Positions 54,746 through 64,000 of a stretch of 64,000 nucleotides of DNA are shown here, piece after piece. The notes beneath the pieces were generated by a model. The model was given only the letters and a program-made list of their open reading frames with translations. It was not told where the DNA came from and did no database searches. Both the position numbers and the translations under genes were made by a program. How positions within the stretch are numbered: the stretch's first letter is position 1; each line of letters starts with the position of its first letter. Origin of the DNA: Octopus vulgaris (lineage: Eukaryota); contig OX597839.1 in the NCBI GenBank assembly GCA_951406725.2, positions 37,076,001 through 37,140,000 of the forward strand, given 5' to 3'.

Positions 54746-55139
54746 CTAGCAGTATCGCCCGGCGTTGCTCGGGTTTGTAAGGGAAATAATTATATAAGCA
54801 TTTTTAGAGATGTAAAGTATAATGGCCATCTCAATATGGCTAACCACAAAGGGGGAGGGGTGTTACTGTAGCTTTTTACGTTCTGAGATTTAATAATAAA
54901 TTTTAGAGAGTTACTTCCCTTATATATGTCAAAAATGGATTAAAAATGGGAAAAATTGATGGTAAATTTTTTTTTAAATCGTAGACTCATCGTAGACGCG
55001 CGCTAATACCCAGACGGTCTCGATATGAATCACGACTATAAGATACCCGGTTTTGGTTAAACTGCACCGCAAAATGTGGGAGTAGTTAGGAATCTAAATT
55101 GTAGGAGACAGACACACAACCTCACTTTTATATATAAAT
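54746..55139 (-). mobile_element. Non-autonomous Helitron-like element
   Basis: Minus strand ends cccgagcaacgccggg (hairpin) cgatactg CTAG|T; starts a|tttatatataaaagtgagg (degenerate TC start). Confidence 0.7.
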
Positions 55140-55238
55140 ATTTCCTCTATTTACATAATATTGAGGTCTCTTTCTTTCTTTTGTTATCTTACTGTTTTTA
55201 CCAATATACATATATATATATATATAAATATATATATA

Positions 55239-55560
55239 GTTACAGAGATGTACTTGCATAGCAAGTGACTTGATCTGAGATCGTGTGCTGGAACGAAAAC
55301 AGTTGCAGCGTTGAAGGTGTTTATAAGCCATTTAAGAAACACACAAAAACCGTTAGATTCACTTCAACATTTAAATTTAATTTGTCAAAATATTTTCGTC
55401 GCTTTGAGACCGCGACCTGTTAGCACGATATTTTTGTCAGTGAACAGGTCGCGGTCTGAAAGCGCCGAAAATATTTTGGCAAATTAAATTTAAATGTTGA
55501 AGTGAATCTAACGGTTTTTGTGTGTTTCTTAAATGGCTTACAAACACCTTCCACGCTGCA
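55239..55560. mobile_element. Palindromic element with G3-C8 hammerhead-like motif (family H2, copy 1)
   Basis: Arms 55304-55421 and 55443-55560; TA repeats on both sides; second copy at 58654. Confidence 0.7.
55433..55483 (+). ncRNA. Hammerhead-like motif with swapped 3-8 pair (GUGAACA core)
   Basis: tttgtca GTGAACA ggtcgc ggtctgaaa gcgcc GAAA atattt tggcaaa; palindromic AATATT stem III. Confidence 0.45.
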
Positions 55561-55929
55561 TATATATATACACACACATATATATATATATGTATGTATG
55601 TATGTATGTGTGTATATGTGTATGCATGTATGTGTGTGTGTGTGCGTGTCTGTGCTTGTGATTGTCCTCCACCACTGCTTGACAACGAATGTTGGTTTGT
55701 TTACATCCCTGTCACCTAGTGGTTTGACAAAGGAAACAGATAGAATAAGTACAATGCTTACAAAAATAAAACTGGAGTTGATTCATTAAACTACAATTCT
55801 TCAAGGCATTGCCCCAGCATGGCCACAGACCAATGGCTGGAAAAAGCAGAAGAATAAAAGAATACATTCTCTGCTTTGGTCTTATGTTCAAGGCATGAGA
55901 AAGCTTGAGTTTACATGAGAAGGCCTAAC

Positions 55930-56195
55930 AGACCTGGTAGAAACAGCAGCCAAATCTCCCTCAAATCACACCTTACTGTCTTATGTATGTATATATATAT
56001 GAGCCAATGAGGGGGACCTCTACATGGTAGCTAGACCTGGTAGAAATAGCAGCCAAATTTCCCCCAAATCACACCTTACTGTCTTATCTATGTATATATG
56101 TATGTATGAGCCTATGAGGGAGACCCCTACATGGCAGCTAGACATGGTAGAAATAGCAGCCAAATCTCCCTCAAATCACACCTTACTGTCTTATC
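55930..56195 (+). repeat. Tandem triplication (about 105-bp period) of a dispersed repeat module
   Basis: gtagaaa.agcagccaaatctccctcaaatcacaccttactgtctt three times; single copies at about 17745, 22920, 29995, 39610. Confidence 0.85.
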
Positions 56196-56785
56196 TTTCT
56201 GCTACTTGGATATAGGTCTTATATTCGTCGAAAAAACTTTCCTGTCACACACTCACGCACACGCACACACACACACACGCACCCTCACACACACGCGCAC
56301 ACACACACACACACACGTTAGCTTACAATTTTATTAATATATTTGCGTGTCTATGTGTGGAAAGAGGAAGTGGGAGGCAGAGTGAAAGAATCACTCACTA
56401 CAGTAAGTGAATTACTTTCATTTTATTCGCTGCCCACTGTGTGTGTGCGTTTGCGTGTGGTGTAAACCAGACTAAGAAAAGCATTTGACACACACACCAG
56501 AATGTGAGTTTTCTGTAAATTTTGCTTAATTGGAGTTTAAATTTTAAAAACTGGACCTGGCATGACGCGATGCCTTGTACTCTTAAAAATGCTAGGTAAA
56601 TTGTAATTGAAGAAATCCTATATTGTAGATTTCTATAACTCCCAAAGGGAGGCAGATAAAATCTGCCTTTTATAATAAGAGATACAGACATATATATATA
56701 CACACACACATACATATATACACACACGCACAAACATACATACACACACACATACATACAAACATATATATACATATACAAATAC

Positions 56786-57087
56786 TGGGTAAGGCCAAAA
56801 CAATGCGAAGTAAATGCAAATTAAATTACAAGAAAACAAATATGTGAATTAATATAGACTTACCTTGGATTCAATATTTCGGGGTTATGACCCCATCCTC
56901 AAGAAATTTACGAGTGTTGCTGATGTGCGTGTGTATAAGCTCACACACATCTGCAACATTTGTCAATTTCTTGAGGATGGGGTCATAACCCCGAAATATT
57001 GAATGCAAGGTAAGTCTATATTAATTCACATATTTGTTTTCTTGTGATTTAACTTGTATCTACTTCACATTGTTTTGGCCTTACCCA
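56786..57087. mobile_element. About 300-bp palindromic element with hammerhead-like motif (family H3)
   Basis: tgggtaaggccaaaacaatg... / ...cattgttttggccttaccca; both arms carry ttc TTGAGGA t GGGG tcataa CCCC GAAA tatt gaa; between TA/CA tracts. Confidence 0.7.
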
Positions 57088-57098
57088 CTATCTTTTAT

Positions 57099-57155
<57 letters not shown>

Positions 57156-57753
57156 GCATACACACACACCCACACACACACATTACATTTTTTATGTTTG
57201 TGTGTATAATTAAGTAAGTACAGTTTCAGCACAGAAGTTGTATGTGCACAGTCTCGGCACAGAAGTTGTAAGATAATGAGGCTAAGGCAAAAGCGTTCTT
57301 GGAATACTCAACCACCTACACGTTAATATGAGCTGGTTGTTCAGTCGAATGGATATCTGGAAAGTGCATAGTTGAAACTGACAGAAAGATTGTGTGTCAA
57401 TGCCAATGTGTCTATATATGTGTGTATACATGTTCTGGTGCATGTATGTCAACATTTCTGACTGTGTGAGTGTCTATGCATGTATGTGTATATGTATATA
57501 TGCATATATACGTATGTGCAGTCAAAGTCACTGCCAAGAATGTGCTCTATACATTGGACTGTTCATAAATAATTAATATGCGTGTGTAAGTGTGCATGTG
57601 TGTGAATGTAGCATATCAATGAATTTTGTAACTGCCATGTATAACCATGTCATTCCAATACCAATATGTCAATATATGGATATATCGATATATTCATGTC
57701 TAGCAAGGAGGGATATAACATTTATATCAAGACTGTGAATTAATATCTATCTA

Positions 57754-57787
<34 letters not shown>

Positions 57788-58653
57788 GTGGTGGGGGGTC
57801 GTGTGTGCCAATGTGGATCAAGTGAACTATAACTCAGAAAGATTTCTCAATACATGCTAATGTAGAATAACAAAATCTCCTTTGTTAACAAGACAATACC
57901 TAACAACAGTGAGATGCACCTGTTCCAATATGAGAAGCACCTATTCCGAAAATGAGAGTTTAATGAAACAGCCTCATTTATAAACCAATATCAAATAAGA
58001 AATCCTCTCGGCGATATCATTAGGTTGAGGTTGCTGGCTAGAAGCAATAGTACAGGCTGGTCAAAGGAATCGAAATACAAGTGGCCAGATGTGGTAAGAA
58101 AGAAATTGTATTTTAAAGAGAAAGAAGGGGAGAGATTTATGATTGTCCACATACAACACATATAACTAGGGAGAAAGTTATGAGTGAAGGGGCCTGTTTA
58201 TATGTGGGGTTATCAGTTTAAAATATTGACAAAAACATAACCACTAAGCTTGTGGCTTCGGGGTTAGGGGGTTGCACTCATGATTGCAAGATCGTGATTT
58301 TGATTCCCAGACCAGGCAGTGCATTGTATTCTTAAGCAAAACACTCCATTTCACTTTGCTCCTATCTATTCAGCTGTAAACGGGTTACTTTGCAATGGAC
58401 CAGCATCCTGTTCAAGGGGAATGTTGTGATCTCAGTCACTTGTATGCCATGGGAACTGGGTAACTGACCCTCTGAGTCCTAGGACTTCAGACAGTAATGG
58501 TTGATGATGATGATGATGTCTGGATAAATAAATTATAATAAATTATAATAAATTATAAGAAATTTAGAGAGTAATGATTATATGTAAGAAGGGGAAAAAG
58601 AAATTTTCACCTCAAATGTAGAGAAAATAGTTTACACACACACACACACACAC

Positions 58654-58947
58654 TACAGAGATGTATTAACATAGCAAGTGACTTGATCAGAGATCATGTG
58701 CTGAAACGAAAACAATTGCAGTATCGAAGGTGTTTATAAACCATTTAAGAAACTCTCAAAAACTGTTAGATTTACTTCAACATTTAAATTTAATTTGCCA
58801 AAATATTTTTGTTGCTTTGGGATTGCGACCTGTTCGAACAGAATTTTGTCAGTGAACAGGTTGCGGTTTCAAAGTGACAAAAATATTTTGGCAAATTAAA
58901 TTTAAATGTTGAAGTGAATCTAACAGTTTTTGTGTTTTTAAATGGCA
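58654..58947. mobile_element. Family H2 palindromic element, copy 2 (right arm interrupted by family C)
   Basis: Collinear with 55239-55537; retains GTGAACA at 58852-58858. Confidence 0.7.
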
Positions 58948-59115
58948 CCCACTACACTCACGGAGTGGTTGGCGTTAGGAAGGGCATCCAGTTGTAGAAA
59001 CACTGCCAGATCAGACAGGAGCCTGGTGCAGCCTTCTGGCTTCCCAGAACCCCAGTTGAACTGTCCAACCCATGCTAGCATGGAGAACGGATGTTAAACG
59101 ATGATGATGATGATG
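58946..59115 (+). mobile_element. Retroposon family C, 5'-truncated
   Basis: gcacccactacactcacggagtggttggcgttaggaagggc...(GAT)n. Confidence 0.88.
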
Positions 59116-59159
59116 ACTACATTTGTATGTATATATATATATATATATATATACATACA

Positions 59160-59191
<32 letters not shown>

Positions 59192-59740
59192 CACAGACCA
59201 AATTAAGTTTAAGACCGATGATGACAGTTCTATTCCTTCATTAATTTATTCTTAACAAACAAAACTGTATAAAATTATTTTACTTTTTATAGTTTATGTA
59301 GAATTTTTTTCTCTTTTGAATGATATAGGCATCATATATCTTTCCACAATTTGAATAATTTTAATGCACAATTAATTCAAGATGCAAGTTAATCACAATT
59401 AATTTACAGCACAAATGATCAATGAACAAAAATTTATTATTAATATCTAGTTCCACAGCCATTATTTTCAATTACAGCCTTACAACTGTAGGACATGGAG
59501 TTTGACAAATGAGCACAAAAATCACTTAGAATGTTCTGCCATATTTCTTATTTAATCGACCCCGAAAGGATGAAAGGCAAAGTCGACCTCGGTGGAATTT
59601 GAACTCAGAAAGTAACGGCAGATGAATTACCGCTAAGTATTTCACCTGGCATGCTAATGATTCTGCCAGCTTGCCGCCCTAATATATATATATACACACA
59701 CACACAAATGTAGTGTGGAAGGTATTTATATATATATATA

Positions 59741-60067
<327 letters not shown>

Positions 60068-60083
60068 CCTTCCACACTACATT

Positions 60084-60116
<33 letters not shown>

Positions 60117-60119
60117 TTG

Positions 60120-61380
60120 AGCCTTAGGGCTTTCAAGGCCAGTTTACCCAGTTTTCATGATGACCAAGTACACAACAATGCCCTTCAACAGGATTCCATT
60201 ACAGGGTTCAAGACGTGCAATTTGGAGGGGAAGGGTAAGTCAGTTACATCAACCCCAGTACTCGACTCGTGGTACTTTATTTCATTGACCCCAAAAAGAT
60301 GGAAGGCAAAGATGATTTTGTCAGAATTTGAACTCAGAACATAACAAACCAGAAGAAATCTCTCTATTCGTTTTGTCTGATGTGCAAAGGATTCTGTCAG
60401 CTCAATGTTTTAGTTGTTTATATGGAGTTTTATTGTTGGTCTGTGGCAGGAAATTGTAAACATTGATTAGAGACTTGCTAATTATTGGAGACGTCAAGTG
60501 GCAGTAAACTGGAATAAACTAGAATAAATCAGTATAAGTTAGTATAAAGTGTAGACGAAGGCCTATTTGTGGAATTTTAATGAGATTATAGAGCATATAT
60601 TAATGTGGTAGACGGCACAGAGGACGAATAATTAGCTTCTCAAGTTTTTAATTGACAAAGAATAAAAAAACAGAAGAAAGACAAGTTTTAAAAATAATTA
60701 ACTATTTTGAGTATCATCAACAACTTGACAGCTACTTTATTTTAACGACTGAATAGGAATGAAAGGTGAAGTTGAATTTGGCTGGATTGGAACTCAGAAC
60801 GTAAAGAGCAAGATCAAATATTACAAAGCAATATGTCTGACACACTAATGATTCAATCAATCCCCTACTGTTATGATGATGATGATGATAATTATTTCAA
60901 AGTTTGAAGGTGGCAAGTTGGCAGAAACATTTGCACGGGTGAAATGCTTGGCAGTATTTCGTCTGCCGTTACGTTCTGAGTTCAAATTTCACCGAGGTCA
61001 ACTTTGCCTTTCATCCTTTCGGGGTCGAGAAATTAAGTACCAGTTACACACTGGGGGTTGTATATATCAATTTTGAAAAGATGAAAGGCAAAACTGACCT
61101 CAGTGGAATTTGAACTCAGAACATAAACACAGATGAAACACCACTAAGTGTTTTGTCCAGCATGCTAACAATACTGCAGCTTAATATTGATAATAATAAT
61201 AATAATAAAAAGAAGAAACAAACTTTCTATCTTAAAAACAAGTCCTGAAATTGGAAGGAAGAGGAACAGTTGATTAAATCCACCAAAAGAATGAAAGACA
61301 AAATTAACATTAATAGCATCGGAACCAGAACGTAAAATGCCCCATGACTTAAATAAAACAAGATATTCTGGACAGACCCT
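60120..61380. mobile_element. Cluster of degraded SINE family B copies in both orientations
   Basis: gaatttgaactcagaac / gttctgagttcaaatt motifs at about 60325, 60790, 60975, 61105, 61325. Confidence 0.7.
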
Positions 61381-61474
61381 CTATCAGTATTGAGAATATT
61401 AGTAACCCTTTTGTTACTGTACTACAGAGCCAGAGACAGTTTCAGGTGGATTGGTATCAAAAGGGTTAAGAATT

Positions 61475-61879
61475 AGGCGCAGGAGTGGCTGTGTGGTAAG
61501 TAGCTTGTTTACCAACCACATGGTTCCGAGTTCAGTTCCACTGCGTGGCACCTTGGGCAAGTGTCTTCTACTATAGCCTCGGGCCGACCAAAGCCTTGTG
61601 AGTGGATTTGGTAGACGGAAACTGAAAGAAGCCCGTCGTATATATGTATATATATATGCTTGTGTGTGTTTGTGTGTCTGTGTTTGTCCCCCTAGCATTG
61701 CTTGACAACTGATGCTGGTGTGTTTATGTCCCTGTTATTTAGCGGTTCGACAAAAGAGACCGATAGAATAAGTACTGGGCTTACAAAGAATAAGTCCCAG
61801 GGTTGAGTTGCTTGATTAAAGGCGGTGCTCCAGCATGGCCGCAGTCAAATGACTGAAACAAGTAAAAGAGTAAAAGAGA
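61475..61879 (+). mobile_element. SINE family A, full length
   Basis: Match to 12801-13193. Confidence 0.93.
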
Positions 61880-62170
61880 ATTGTTTCTCTATTGTATATT
61901 ATAACCCTTTTATTACCAAATTTCTGTTGAGTTGCTTTGTGTTTCTTTCAATTAATTTAAAATATAACAAAGGATTTAGTAAAATAACTTAGTTATCATT
62001 AAGCTAGTGTTAGGAATATAAATTGTGACTAAGGTTTGGTGAAAGATTTTAATTTAGAACTTATGTAAACAAGACATTTGTACAAGAGAGCCAGAGGCGA
62101 GCCGGGTTGGTATTGAAAGGTTTAATATGAATACTCAGGTTTTAAGCCATTAAGCTGGTAGAATCATTAA

Positions 62171-62391
62171 CCCTTTCGTTACTGTATTTATTTTGAGATG
62201 CTCTGTGTTTCTTTCAATTACTTTAAATATAACAAAGAATTTAGTAAAATAACTTAGTTATCATTAAGCTAGTGTTAGGAACATAAATTGTGACTAAGGT
62301 TTAGTGGAAGATTTTAATTAAAAACTTATGAAAACAAAACATTTGTACCTCAGAGCCAGAGCTGGTTTCAGCTGGGTTGGTAACGAAAGGG
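62171..62391. mobile_element. piggyBac-type MITE inserted in a SINE B head
   Basis: TTAA (62167-70) + ccctttcgttac ... gtaacgaaaggg + TTAA (62392-95); excision restores gaatcattaagcac of family B. Confidence 0.92.
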
Positions 62392-62623
62392 TTAAGCACA
62401 GCAGGCAAAATACTTAGTGGCATTTTATTTGTCTTTATGTTGAGCTCAAATTCAGCTGAGTCTGAATTTGCCTTTCATCTTTAGAGGATTGATAAAATAA
62501 GTACCAGTTGTACACTGGGATCGATGTAATCAATTTCTCCTTCCTTTGAAATTGCTGGACTTGTGTGAAAATTTGAAACCAGTAGGAATACTAAGGTGCA
62601 AGCTGGCAGAATGATTAGTACAT

Positions 62624-63043
62624 TCTCTCTCTCTTTTACTCTTTTACTTGTTTCAGTCATTTGACTGTGGCCATGCTGGAGCACTGCCTTTAGTCGAGCA
62701 AATCGACCCCGGGACTTATTCTTTGTAAGCCCAGTACTTATTCTATCGGTCTCTTTTGCCGAACCGCTAAGTAACGGGGACGTAAACACACCAGCATCAG
62801 TTGTCAAGCAATGCTAGGGGGACAAACACAGACACACAAACATACACGCACACATATATACATATATATACATATATACGACGGGCTTCTTTCAGTTTCC
62901 GTCTGCCAAATCCACTCACAAGGCATTGGTCGGCCCGGGGCTATAGCAGAAGACACTTGCTCAAGATGCCATGCAGTGGGACTGAACCCGGAACCATGTG
63001 GTTAGTTAGCAAGCTACTTACCACACAGCCACTCCTGCACCTA
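62624..63043 (-). mobile_element. SINE family A inserted in an old family B copy (62592-63210)
   Basis: Family B head agctggcagaatgattag is interrupted and resumes at gaaatggttagtagtatttcatcc. Confidence 0.88.
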
Positions 63044-63450
63044 TGGGGGAAATGGTTAGTAGTATTTCATCCGTCTTTTTACATTCTGAGTTTAAATTTC
63101 ACCAAAGTCAACTTTGCTTTTCATCCTCTTGGGGTTGATGAAACCAATCGAGTACTTGACTTTTCCCCTCCCCTTAAAAACTGCTGGCACTGGGACAAAA
63201 TTTGAAACCAATATTAACATGAATGCTAATTATTCAAATTACTTCATATTAATCGTATTATGAAATGTTCACCGTCGTAACAACAACAAAACACTAACAA
63301 CCACAACAACAACAGCAATAATAAAAATTACATTGATAATGATAGTAATTATCGTTGTTGTTATTGTGAAATAACGATTTCCTTTGATTTCCCTGGCTAT
63401 TGATTTCTTTGGCCAGAAAATATTAATATCAAAAACAAATAACACCAGAA

Positions 63451-63499
<49 letters not shown>

Positions 63500-64000
63500 G
63501 TCTCCTTCTTCTTTGGATGTCTGTCGTATGGAGGTTGATGACAGTGACTTCCTTTCTTTGGAATTCGTTTATGATTGTCCTCAGATGTGATTTCCATCAA
63601 TATAAAATGTTTTTTAACGAGAGAGAGGGAGAGAGAGAAATGGGAGAGGGAGAGATCTGAAATGACCAGAGGACTTCAAGGCAAGGAAACAAACACGGGG
63701 TCCCTCTCTAACCTTCCACTTCCATCTCCCTTCCTTCATCTCCTTCCTTTCTACTTTGTAATTGTGTTTGTTTAAGAGAAAAAAATGGGGGGGGGGAGAA
63801 AGGGGATAAAAGGGAGAGAGGAAAAGAAAGAAAGAGAGGTGGGTGAGAGAAAGAGGGAGAAGATAATGTGGGTGATAGTGTGGGTTACTAGTTAGTCATC
63901 GATAGAGGGTGTTTGATGCACAGGGTTGTGAACTGTTTCTTCAGTGACCCCCAACGACAGCTGCTTCCACACTCATTATTCCTACCATGACCACCACCAC

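Overview
Eukaryotic, AT-rich, microsatellite- and SINE-saturated genomic DNA. The repeat landscape strongly suggests a coleoid cephalopod, probably Octopus (inference from recalled repeat families, not a database hit). Only one convincing protein-coding segment is present: a large + strand exon (ATG 49029 to splice donor after 50611) encoding most of a PRRT3/PRRT4-like 7TM membrane protein; its last exon was not found. Almost all other ORFs in the track are microsatellite or SINE artefacts. The rest consists of at least four SINE-like families (often nested, several with clear TSDs), decayed LINE fragments (RTE, CR1/Jockey-like, R4/Dong-like), a decayed Penelope-like RT/GIY-YIG fragment, hAT, Tc1/mariner and piggyBac-type MITEs, Helitron-like ends, a 2.8 kb foldback element and a 1 kb 15-bp minisatellite. 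The most interesting signal is a set of at least four unrelated short elements sitting in (TA)n/(CA)n tracts, three of them long palindromes. Each carries a minimal type-I hammerhead-ribozyme-like motif with a different core (canonical CUGAUGA, a G3-C8 swap, U3-G8, U6). They look like non-autonomous Penelope-like pLTR derivatives whose hairpin is rebuilt at each insertion. Ribozyme activity is inferred from motif geometry only. Repeat boundaries are read by eye and approximate unless a TSD or TIR is quoted.
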